Part shown: piece by piece, positions 1-7,850 of the stretch
How the letters are laid out: each line of letters opens with the position of its first letter
How positions within the stretch are numbered: the stretch's first letter is position 1
From: Thermoleophilia bacterium
GTDB lineage: Bacteria; Actinomycetota; Thermoleophilia; Gaiellales; Gaiellaceae
Assembly: GCA_013362295.1 (NCBI GenBank)
Contig: JABFWJ010000319.1
Location: 1-38,501 of the forward strand
Length of the DNA stretch: 38,501 bases
Direction: 5' to 3'
Made by a program: the position numbers and the translations under genes
The notes under the pieces: model-generated
The model's input: the letters and a program-made list of their open reading frames with translations, nothing else
Databases searched by the model: none
Told to the model about the DNA's origin: nothing

Positions 1-705
1 GTCGCGACGGTGCGCTGCCGCCGCCGACCCCGCGCCGCCGTCCTCGCGACGGGCAGCGAGCTGCGCCCGCCGGGGGAGACGCTCGCTCCGGGTGAGATCT
101 ACGAATCGAACACGGTGCTGATCGGTGCGCAGCTGGCGTCGGCCGGGGCGGAGGTCACGGTGCTCGAGCAGGTCGGCGACGACGAGCAGGCGACGCGCTC
201 CGCGCTCGAGCGTGGCCTGGACAGCGACGTGCTCGTCACGTCCGGCGGCGTCTCCGTCGGGCCACACGACCTCGTGCGTGCCGCGCTCGCCGAGCTCGGC
301 GCGGAGGAGGTCTTCTGGCGCGTTGCCGTCAAGCCGGGCAAACCGGTTGCCTTCGCGGTCCGCGGTGGGACGCTCGTCTTCGGGCTGCCCGGCAATCCCG
401 TCTCGTCGCTCGTCGGCTTCGAGCTGTTCGTCCGGCCGGCGCTGCTCGCGCTCCAGGGGGCCGCGGATCCCGGTCCCGCGTACCTGCCCGGACGGCTCGG
501 CGCGCCGCTGCGTCGCAATGACCAGCGCGACGAGCTCGTGCGCGCGCGGACGCGAGTCGACGCCAACGCCGTCGTGCTCGAGCCGCTCGCCGGGCAGGAG
601 TCGCACATGATCGTGCGCAGCGCCGCCGCGTCCGCGCTCGTGCTCGTCCCGCGCGGCGCGGGTGCGTTGCCCGAGGGCGCACCGGTCAGGTACTTGCGGA
701 TCTGA
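1..705 (+). CDS. moeA: Molybdopterin molybdenumtransferase MoeA, C-terminal part (5' end lies outside the window)
   Basis: The frame is open to base 1. The translation carries MoeA domain III/IV signatures (LATGSEL, TSGGVSVGPHD, WRVAVKPGKP, GLPGNPVSS). Stop is TGA at 703-705. Confidence 0.85.
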   Translation, partial: VATVRCRRRPRAAVLATGSELRPPGETLAPGEIYESNTVLIGAQLASAGAEVTVLEQVGDDEQATRSALERGLDSDVLVTSGGVSVGPHDLVRAALAELGAEEVFWRVAVKPGKPVAFAVRGGTLVFGLPGNPVSSLVGFELFVRPALLALQGAADPGPAYLPGRLGAPLRRNDQRDELVRARTRVDANAVVLEPLAGQESHMIVRSAAASALVLVPRGAGALPEGAPVRYLRI

Positions 706-1381
706 CAGGCGTATACGGATTGCCCCCACGCGGCGCGACCGCGACGAGCCTCGCGTCGACGATGTAGCGGTGCGACGCGAAGAACCGCGGGTGGCAGGCC
801 TGGAGCCGCAGGATCTCCGCGCCGCGGTCACGCAGCACGCCGACGTCGTGCTCGGCGACGACGTAGTGGCGCGTGACGCGGTACGTGAACGTGCCGTACG
901 GCACCTCGAAGCGGGCATAGTCGCCGACGCGGAGCGTGTTGATCCACGCGAACGGCGCGAGGTACGTCGTGCGGTGCCCCGCGACGTAGATCAGGCGCCC
1001 CTCTCCCGGCAGCCCGCTTTCGACGTAGTGGCCCGGCCCCTTCTTCAGCGTCTCGTGGTCTGTGCCCTGCACGACGACCATCTTCAGGCCGATGCGGCCG
1101 ATGCGCAGGCGCCCGACCGCGTCGCCGCGGTGCAGTGTGTGTCCGTAGGCCCGCGCCTCGACCGCCACCTGCCGCTCGACGCTCGCAAGGTTGCCGCGGG
1201 CGAGCCGCGTCCGGAACGCCGCCGCCCGCTGTTCGTACGTGTGTGCGAGCCGCGTCTGCTGCACGTGCGTGTACAGCGCGGTGAACGGGTCCTCCCAGCG
1301 CCAGACGACCACGACCCACGCGAGCGTGAGCACGCCGCCCGCGATCAGCAGCGTGCCGAGGATCCGCGTGAGCCTGCGCAT
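686..1381 (-). CDS. Sortase family transpeptidase (class E-like), membrane anchored
   Basis: N-terminal TM helix (ILGTLLIAGGVLTLAWVVVVW). Sortase-like motifs are present: GPGHYVESGLPGE, VAGHRTTY (His) and LRLQACHP (TLxTC-type Cys). The start codon directly abuts the stop of the upstream M28 gene. Confidence 0.75.
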   Translation of the reverse strand: MRRLTRILGTLLIAGGVLTLAWVVVVWRWEDPFTALYTHVQQTRLAHTYEQRAAAFRTRLARGNLASVERQVAVEARAYGHTLHRGDAVGRLRIGRIGLKMVVVQGTDHETLKKGPGHYVESGLPGEGRLIYVAGHRTTYLAPFAWINTLRVGDYARFEVPYGTFTYRVTRHYVVAEHDVGVLRDRGAEILRLQACHPRFFASHRYIVDARLVAVAPRGGNPYTPVRSAST

Positions 1382-3250
1382 CTAGCCTCCGAACGCGCGA
1401 CGACGCTCGGCGGTTACGCGCCGGCGGGCGCGCACACCGAGTGCAACCGTGCGTACGAGCTCGCGCAGCGGACCGCGCGCCGGCCGCTCGCCCCGCTCCG
1501 GGTACGGCGTGTAGCGGCCGGCGGCGATCGCGGTCAGCTGCGCGGCGCACGCGGCGCCGGCCAGCACGATCGCGACCGGGGGCAGCTTGATGTACCCGAC
1601 CGCGACGAGCTCGAGGAGGTACCACGGCGCGTCGAACCCGAGCCCGTACCGCACGCCGAGCGAGAGCAGGAGCAGAAGAGGCCCGGTGAGGCCGAGCAGC
1701 AGCACCAGCCCGCGCGCCGGCGGCCGGCCGCTGCGCAGATGGGGCAGCCAGAGCCAGGCGTGCAGCGCGGGCAGGACGAAGACGAGCGCGAACGGGTTTG
1801 TTGCCAAGATCAGCAACGCGACGATCGCCAGCGCGAGCAGCGCGGCCGTCTCTCCCGCCAGCCGCTCGTCGCTGCCGACCACACGGTGCGGAACGAGCCG
1901 CGGGCGCGTGACGAGCCAGCCGACGAGGATGACCGCACCGAGGCCGAGCAGCGCGAGCACCGGCCAGTCACCCGCCGCGGGGCTCGCCGGGTTCGGTGGC
2001 CGTCCGTCCCCGGACGGCCACGCCCCGAAGAGCTCGAAGGCGAAGAACGCGAGTCCGGCGAAGAGCCAGAAGGCGAGCCGCGTGCGCAGGCTGCGCACCG
2101 CCGGGAGCAACGGGATCCGGCGCCTCCGACAGTGCGCGAACAGGTCGACGACGCCGACGAGAAACGGGACGAGCAACGACACGAGAACGAGCTCGATCGC
2201 CCAGCCGCGGACGATCCGGTCGCCGGCCCAGACGAAGCTCGTCGTGCCCTGCACGAGCTCGAGGCCCTGGTCGAGCGAGCCGACGATCTGCTGCGCGGCA
2301 CGTCCGATGCCGGTCAGGCGCGCCGTGCCGAGCTGCGACGCGCGATCGCCGAAGGCGTCAGGGGGCCGCTCGCCCGCAGTTGTGATCGTCACGGCCGGGA
2401 TGCCGCGCGCGACGAACGGGCCCTGCTCGTAGAGCGTGAACGGGAAGCCGAGGTCGACCAGCTGGTCGATCAGCCCGGCGCGGCGCGGGCGCGTACCCGT
2501 CTGCTCGAGCACTCGCCGCGCAGCCGTCTGGACGAAGGTCGCAGCCGGCGAGCGCGGTCTGTCGCCTGTGATGACAACACGCGGCACTCCCTTCCCGGCG
2601 ATCACGTCGAGGTTGATCGTGGCGACGACACGGAAGGGCGCGCGTTGCGCGAACCGCACGGCACCGAGCGCCCCGAACGCGCCGCCGTCGGTCGAGAGGA
2701 AGACGATCGTGTGCGCCGAGCGAACGCGGAGACCCGACGACTGGGCGTAATTGCGCGCGAGCTCGACGAGCGCGGCGGTGCCGCTTGCATTGTCGTCGGC
2801 GCCCGGGCCGGCGCCGGTGTCGTCGCGATGCGCCATCACGACGATGGCGTCGGGCGACTGTCCGGCCGCGACCGCCCAGAGGTTGCGCAACCGCACCGTG
2901 CCCAGCTCGGGCGTCTTCGCCTCCCACGTGTCGGATGCGATCGGCAGCCCGTACGGCGCCATCTGATCGCGGAACCATTGCGCGGCGCGGAGCGATCCGG
3001 TCCCGTCGGGCGAGCGGTCGGGGTAGGACCCGGCGAAGTCCGCCGCCAGCTGCCGCGTCGCCTGCCCGTCGAAGTTCGGCGGCAGGAGGGGTGCCGGCAG
3101 CGCGCCCGGCCGCACGATGCTGAACGCGAGGATGAGCAGCGGGAGCGAGAGGAAGAGGAAGGAGCTCCGGTAGAGCCGGGCGTTGACGGGCCGCTCGAGC
3201 GAGCCGCGGCGCGCACGACGACGGCGCACGGGGTCACGGGTCGCCGCCAT
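1382..3250 (-). CDS. M28 family metallopeptidase fused to a C-terminal polytopic membrane domain
   Basis: N-terminal TM helix, then the M28 zinc-ligand region (VVMAHRDDTGAGPGADDNASGTAALVELARNYA, FLSTDGGAFG). The last ~300 aa form multiple hydrophobic helices. Confidence 0.75.
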   Translation of the reverse strand: MAATRDPVRRRRARRGSLERPVNARLYRSSFLFLSLPLLILAFSIVRPGALPAPLLPPNFDGQATRQLAADFAGSYPDRSPDGTGSLRAAQWFRDQMAPYGLPIASDTWEAKTPELGTVRLRNLWAVAAGQSPDAIVVMAHRDDTGAGPGADDNASGTAALVELARNYAQSSGLRVRSAHTIVFLSTDGGAFGALGAVRFAQRAPFRVVATINLDVIAGKGVPRVVITGDRPRSPAATFVQTAARRVLEQTGTRPRRAGLIDQLVDLGFPFTLYEQGPFVARGIPAVTITTAGERPPDAFGDRASQLGTARLTGIGRAAQQIVGSLDQGLELVQGTTSFVWAGDRIVRGWAIELVLVSLLVPFLVGVVDLFAHCRRRRIPLLPAVRSLRTRLAFWLFAGLAFFAFELFGAWPSGDGRPPNPASPAAGDWPVLALLGLGAVILVGWLVTRPRLVPHRVVGSDERLAGETAALLALAIVALLILATNPFALVFVLPALHAWLWLPHLRSGRPPARGLVLLLGLTGPLLLLLSLGVRYGLGFDAPWYLLELVAVGYIKLPPVAIVLAGAACAAQLTAIAAGRYTPYPERGERPARGPLRELVRTVALGVRARRRVTAERRRAFGG

Positions 3251-3312
3251 TGCAGGGCTATCCTGGCAGTCCGTGCTGCGGCCTGCCTTCGAGCATCGTC
3301 CGCAGCGAGCAC

Positions 3313-4017
3313 ATGACCGAACCCGCGCCCACGATCCTGCTCGTCGACGACGAGGACTCCGTTCGCAAGGTGCTGGCGTTTCCGCTCGAGCGCGAGGGGT
3401 TCACGGTCGTGCAGGCGGCCGACGGCGAGGAGGCGCTGCGGCAGTTCGGCGCGCACGCCGTCGATCTGGTGGTGCTGGACATCATGCTCCCGCGGCTCGA
3501 CGGGCTCGAGGTGTGCAAGCGTCTGCGCGCGGCGAGCACCGTCCCGATCATCATGCTCACCGCGCGCGACGACGAGCTCGACAAGGTGATCGGCCTCGAA
3601 CTCGGCGCCGACGACTACATCACGAAGCCGTTCTCGATCCGCGAGTTCCGCTCGAGGGTGCGTGCGCTCCTGCGCCGCGCGCGGACGACCCAGGTGGCGG
3701 GCGACGAGCAGGAAGAGCGGCTGGAGCTCGAGGGACTCGTGATCGACGTCCCGCGGCGCACCGTCGAGGTGCGGGGCGAGCCGGTTCAGCTGACCTATGT
3801 GGAGTTCGAGTTGCTGCGCGCGCTCGCAGCGCAGCCGGGGCGCGTGTTCAGCCGCCGGATGCTGCTCGAGGCGCTCTGGAAGAGCGCGGACTACCGGGAT
3901 CCGCGCACGATCGACGTCCACGTGCGGCACCTACGCGAGAAGCTCGAGCGGGAGCCGCGGACGCCTGAGTACATCCTGACCGTGCGGGGCGTCGGCTACC
4001 GGTTCCGCGACCGATGA
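3313..4017 (+). CDS. OmpR/PhoB-family response regulator (MprA/MtrA-like)
   Basis: Receiver domain (TILLVDDEDS, DLVVLDIMLP, TARDD, KPF) plus a winged-helix output domain (LTVRGVGYRF). ATG 3313 is preferred over the ORF-track start 3250 because homologues begin a few residues before the LVDD strand. Confidence 0.9.
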   Translation: MTEPAPTILLVDDEDSVRKVLAFPLEREGFTVVQAADGEEALRQFGAHAVDLVVLDIMLPRLDGLEVCKRLRAASTVPIIMLTARDDELDKVIGLELGADDYITKPFSIREFRSRVRALLRRARTTQVAGDEQEERLELEGLVIDVPRRTVEVRGEPVQLTYVEFELLRALAAQPGRVFSRRMLLEALWKSADYRDPRTIDVHVRHLREKLEREPRTPEYILTVRGVGYRFRDR

Positions 4018-5414
4018 GGCCGTTCCGGAGCGTCGGGGGCAGGCTGGCGCTCGCGCTCCTCGTCGTGGTCGCCGGCGTGCTCGCGATCGTCTACCTGATC
4101 GTCGTCCCGTCGTACCGGGCGTCGCTGGAGAACAACGAGCTGAACAACCTGCAGAAGCTGCTGCTGACGCGCGCGGTGCCGACGTATCCAATCGCGACGT
4201 TCATGAAGCAGCAGTACGCCTCGGAGCTCGCCCCGCGGGTGAACGCCCGCGTCGTGGTCTTCAGCGTCGCGAGCGAGACGCCGGCGCTGCCGCTGCCGTA
4301 CGCGGACTCGAACCTGGAAGGCGATTCGACCGACGTCGTCAACGACCCTGTCGCCTTCAACGCGATCCGGCAGCAGACGCTGGCCCGCGGCACGGTGACG
4401 CGGAAGGGTCAGGAGTACGCCGAGGTCGCCTATCCGATCGGCGACTCGGTCGTGATGCTCATCTCGCCGCTGCACGACCAGCTGCAGGTCGTCTCGGTCG
4501 TGCGCACGCGGGTGATCGTGGCCGGCGCGATCGCGACGGCCTTCGCGGTGCTGCTCGGGTACGCCGGTGCGAGCGTGTTCGCGCGCCGGATCCGCCGTCT
4601 CGAGGCGGCGGCGGAGCGGATCGCGGCCGGGAACTTCGAGACGCCCGTGATCGACCACGGCTCCGACGAGGTCGGTCAGCTCGCGCGCACGTTCGAGCGG
4701 ATGCGGCTGCGGCTCTCGCAGCTCGACCGCGCCCGCGGCGAGTTCATCGCGAACGCCTCGCACGAGCTGCGCACCCCGCTCTTCTCGCTCGGCGGCTTCC
4801 TCGAGCTGATGGACGACCCAGAGCTGGACGAGGCGACCCGCGAGGAGTTCCTCGCGCAGATGGGGGAGCAGGTCGAACGGCTGACGAAGCTCGCCACCGA
4901 CCTGCTCGACCTCTCGCGGCTGGACGCCGGACGCCTCGCGGTCGCGATCGAGCCGATCGAGCTGTCCGAGCTCGCCGAAGAGGTGGCGGCGGAGTTCCGC
5001 GGCCGATCGGCCGACCACGAGCTCGAGGTCGCGACCGAGCCCGTGCTCGCCCGCGGCGATGCAGAACGGGTGCTCCAGATCGGTCGGATCCTGCTCGAGA
5101 ACGCGCTCGTCCACACACCGCCGGCGACGACGGTGCGCGTCTCGACGGCGGTCGACGGCGGCCGCGCGACGCTGACGGTCGCGAACGACGGCCCGGAGAT
5201 CCCGCGCGACGCCCAGCACCAGATCTTCGAGCGCTTCTACCGCCTCGACGGCACGCGCGCCTCGGGCAGCGGCCTCGGCCTCGCGATCGCGCGCGAGCTC
5301 GCGGAGGTGATGGGCGGCCGGATCGAGCTCGACTCGCAAAACGGCTGGACGCTGTTCACGCTCGTCCTGCGCGTCGACGCCCCGGACCGTGACCTCGAGC
5401 TCGGGCTCGTCTGA
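4014..5414 (+). CDS. Sensor histidine kinase (HAMP-HisKA-HATPase_c), partner of the upstream regulator
   Basis: Two TM segments flank a ~150 aa extracytoplasmic region. H-box is NASHELRTPL. ATPase boxes are LENALVHT, DGPEIP and GSGLGLAIAREL. An ATGA overlap links it to the regulator stop (4014-4017). Confidence 0.9.
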   Translation: MRPFRSVGGRLALALLVVVAGVLAIVYLIVVPSYRASLENNELNNLQKLLLTRAVPTYPIATFMKQQYASELAPRVNARVVVFSVASETPALPLPYADSNLEGDSTDVVNDPVAFNAIRQQTLARGTVTRKGQEYAEVAYPIGDSVVMLISPLHDQLQVVSVVRTRVIVAGAIATAFAVLLGYAGASVFARRIRRLEAAAERIAAGNFETPVIDHGSDEVGQLARTFERMRLRLSQLDRARGEFIANASHELRTPLFSLGGFLELMDDPELDEATREEFLAQMGEQVERLTKLATDLLDLSRLDAGRLAVAIEPIELSELAEEVAAEFRGRSADHELEVATEPVLARGDAERVLQIGRILLENALVHTPPATTVRVSTAVDGGRATLTVANDGPEIPRDAQHQIFERFYRLDGTRASGSGLGLAIARELAEVMGGRIELDSQNGWTLFTLVLRVDAPDRDLELGLV

Positions 5415-5460
5415 AAGAGCCATCTAGGCAAAGCGCGGCGCCGGTGCCACGTTGGAGTAG

Positions 5461-5811
5461 GTGCCATCTGACGCCGCCATCGCCTGGGCAGCGGGCCTGT
5501 TTGAAGGCGAGGGCACGATCACCCAGATCAAGCGCAGTCGGGCGTTCTTCGATCTTCAGGTGGCGATGACCCACACCGACGAGGACGTCATTCGCCGCTT
5601 CGACGCGATCGTCGGTCGCGGACGAATCTACGGACCGTACTTGCCGCCGTCACACGGTGACCGCCGCAACCCCTTTTGGCGTTGGATGGCACTCGGAGAT
5701 GCCGGCCACGAAGTGCTCGAGCTCCTCGGGCCGTGGCTTCTGGCCCGACGTCGCGCACAGGCGCGCCGGCAAGGAGTCGTGCTCGACGAGGAAGCGCAGC
5801 AGCAGATTTGA
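5461..5811 (+). CDS. Small free-standing LAGLIDADG-like (homing-endonuclease fold) protein
   Basis: GTG start. The N-terminal helix WAAGLFEGEGTITQIK closely resembles the I-CreI-type motif LAGFVDGDGSIIAQIK. The rest alternates predicted strand and helix in the alpha-beta-beta-alpha-beta-beta-alpha order. Only 116 aa with a single motif copy. By eye it is less GC-rich than its neighbours. Confidence 0.6.
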   Translation: MPSDAAIAWAAGLFEGEGTITQIKRSRAFFDLQVAMTHTDEDVIRRFDAIVGRGRIYGPYLPPSHGDRRNPFWRWMALGDAGHEVLELLGPWLLARRRAQARRQGVVLDEEAQQQI

Positions 5812-5876
5812 GCAGAATCCGCCACGTGGAAAGGGTCGCGCCGCTTTGACGCATACCCCGGCTACAGTGGCGGCCC

Positions 5877-7088
5877 TTGCGCTCGAGCCCGGCCGCAGCC
5901 CTCGCCCTGATCGCCGCCGTCCTCGGCGGGGCGATCGTGCTCGTCGTGGGCTCCGCGGCCGGCTGGCTGCACGGGGGCTCGACCAAGACCGTCGTCGTCC
6001 GCGCACCCGCTCCGACGGCCGGCGATGCCGCAGCGCCCGTCGTGGCGGCCAAGCCGCTCCTGGGCAACGGCTTCCAGCCGGCCCAGATCTACCGCGCCCG
6101 CGCCGCCGGGGTCGTGACGATCATCTCCTACTTCGACGACGCCAGCCTGCCCGATGCCCGCGCCGGGCAGGGCTCCGGCTTCGTGGTCTCCTCCAGCGGC
6201 CTGATCCTGACGAACGCCCACGTGATCACGACGGCCGGCCAGGGCACCGACAAGACGACGACCGCCCGCACGGTGTATGTCGAGTTCTCGGACGGCGACC
6301 GGGTGACGGCGAGCGTCGTCGGCGCCGACCTGTTCGACGACGTCGGCGTCCTGCGGGTCGATCCGCGGCAGCACGCGCTCGACCCGGTGCCGCTTGGGAA
6401 CTCGAGCCGCATCGTCGTGGGCCAGCCCGTGGCGGCGATCGGCAGCCCGTTCGGGAACGTCGACTCGCTGTCCGTCGGCGTGATCTCGGCGATCAGGCGC
6501 TCGATCCCCTCCCTGACCTCCAAGTACGACCTGGTGGACGCGATCCAGACCGACGCGCCGATGAACCACGGCAACTCCGGCGGACCGCTCTTCGACGCGC
6601 GCGGCCGTGTGATCGGCATCAACGCCCAGATCCGGTCGAGCGGTGCGGGCTCCGGTTTCGAAGGCGTCGGCTTCGCCGTCCCGATCGACTCGGCACGACG
6701 ATCGATGGCCCAGCTGCTGAAGACCGGCGGCGTGAAGTACGCCTTCGTCGGGATCAAGACGGAGGACCTGACCCCTGCGATCGCGCGCAAGTTCGGCTAT
6801 GCCGCGACCCGGGGCGCGCTCGTGGACGTCGTGAACGAGGGCTCGGCCGCCGCGAAGGCGGGCATCGTGCCCGGGACCCGCGACGAGGTGTACGAGGGCC
6901 TCGGCGTGAAGGTCGGCGGCGACGCGATCGTCGCAATCGAGGGCATCCCTGTCACGAGCGCCCAGGATGTCGTGCGGATTGTCACGACCAAGCTCGTGCC
7001 CGGCGAGACCGCGCGCTTCACGATCGTCCGCGGCCGCCAACGCCGCATCGTGCCGGTGACGCTCGACGAGCGCCCCCCGCCGAGCTGA
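5877..7088 (+). CDS. htrA: HtrA/DegP/PepD-like trypsin-fold serine protease with C-terminal PDZ domain
   Basis: N-terminal TM/signal anchor. Catalytic triad contexts are LTNAHVI, DDVGVLRV and NHGNSGGPLFD. The PDZ-like tail is GALVDVVNEGSAAAKAGI...AIEGIPV. TTG start taken from the ORF track. Confidence 0.88.
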   Translation: MRSSPAAALALIAAVLGGAIVLVVGSAAGWLHGGSTKTVVVRAPAPTAGDAAAPVVAAKPLLGNGFQPAQIYRARAAGVVTIISYFDDASLPDARAGQGSGFVVSSSGLILTNAHVITTAGQGTDKTTTARTVYVEFSDGDRVTASVVGADLFDDVGVLRVDPRQHALDPVPLGNSSRIVVGQPVAAIGSPFGNVDSLSVGVISAIRRSIPSLTSKYDLVDAIQTDAPMNHGNSGGPLFDARGRVIGINAQIRSSGAGSGFEGVGFAVPIDSARRSMAQLLKTGGVKYAFVGIKTEDLTPAIARKFGYAATRGALVDVVNEGSAAAKAGIVPGTRDEVYEGLGVKVGGDAIVAIEGIPVTSAQDVVRIVTTKLVPGETARFTIVRGRQRRIVPVTLDERPPPS

Positions 7089-7203
7089 GCAGCGTCCCGT
7101 AAGCAGGCGCCGGTTCAGCAGCGGCGGTTAGGAATCCGCCCGGTTCGGGAACGGCCGATGGTAAGGGAAAACGGCTGCGGCAGGATTCGGAAGATTCTTC
7201 GCC

Positions 7204-7229
7204 GTTTACCTTTTGGATTCGAAGGGAAG
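7204..7229 (+). promoter_or_regulatory. Candidate SigB/SigF-type promoter (GTTTAC-N14-GGGAAG); the purine-rich 3' part may instead be only the RBS
   Basis: GTTTAC at 7204-7209, a 14-nt spacer, then GGGAAG at 7224-7229, 11 nt upstream of ATG 7241. It resembles the GTTT-N12-15-GGGTAT pattern of stress sigma promoters. Match judged by eye only. Confidence 0.2.
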
Positions 7230-7240
7230 AGAGCAAGCCG

Positions 7241-7684
7241 ATGGGCGCTTCGGTGGTCGGAAACGGGCACGTGCAGGCGATTCGACTGACGATTCCGGCC
7301 AAGCCGGAATACATCACCCTGGGCCGGCTCGCCCTGACCGGGATCGCGCGGCTGCGCCAGGAGCCGCTGCGCCAGGAGGTGCTCGGGGACCTGAAGCTCG
7401 CGCTCACCGAAGCGTGCACGAACTCCGTGCGCCATGCCTACGGCGACGGCGAGGGGATGGTCGAGATCCTCTACGAGCTGTATGAGGACAGGCTCGTCGT
7501 CGAGGTCGTCGACGAGGGCGGAGGCTTCGAACGGCCGTCGACGCGGCACGGCGCGACGGCCGAGGACGAGCTGTCGGAGGGCGGCCTCGGGATCGCGATC
7601 ATCGAGGCGCTCGCCGACGAGTTCGAGATTCGCGACCGCGCGCAGGGAGGATCCAGCCTGCGTTTCGTGAAGCACTTGGCTTAG
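7241..7684 (+). CDS. Anti-sigma factor serine kinase, RsbW/SpoIIAB-like (HATPase_c), with no partner genes adjacent
   Basis: 147 aa. N-box-like ALTEACTNSVRHAY and G-box-like GGLGIAIIEALADEF. Size and layout are typical of RsbW-type kinases. No STAS or sigma gene lies next to it. Confidence 0.75.
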   Translation: MGASVVGNGHVQAIRLTIPAKPEYITLGRLALTGIARLRQEPLRQEVLGDLKLALTEACTNSVRHAYGDGEGMVEILYELYEDRLVVEVVDEGGGFERPSTRHGATAEDELSEGGLGIAIIEALADEFEIRDRAQGGSSLRFVKHLA

Positions 7685-7719
7685 AGGCCCGATGGGAATC
7701 TCCAGGCGCTCACGGCTGG

Positions 7720-7814
7720 TGGCTCAGACGCTGCGCATCTCGCCCGAACCGGGCTTGAACGTAGGCACCGCTACGCCTTGCGCCCGGCTCGTGCGACCTG
7801 CTTGGTCTGAGCCA
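7720..7814 (+). ncRNA. Candidate structured RNA element (unclassified) in the rsbW-like/treT spacer
   Basis: A perfect 10-bp long-range pairing (TGGCTCAGAC 7720-7729 with GTCTGAGCCA 7805-7814) encloses a 5-bp helix (7733-7737/7779-7783). That helix contains two hairpins (7742-7754 and 7760-7775). Strand is assumed from the flanking genes. Confidence 0.25.
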
Positions 7815-7850
7815 TCCCCGCAAGCACCTCGATCCCCATCAAGCCTCTAA

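Noticed and set aside
662-3316. 884-aa ORF on the + strand, the longest in the first 4 kb.
   Set aside because: It is entirely antisense to the sortase and M28 peptidase genes, which have clear family motifs. Its translation is Arg/Asp/Pro/Ala-rich low-complexity sequence with no recognisable domain. This is typical of stop-codon-poor antisense frames in very GC-rich DNA.
7691-7765. 24-codon ORF (MGISRRSRLVAQTLRISPEPGLNV) in the rsbW-like/treT spacer.
   Set aside because: It is too short, has no RBS and has no codon-bias signal. It overlaps the stems that are the more plausible feature of this spacer.
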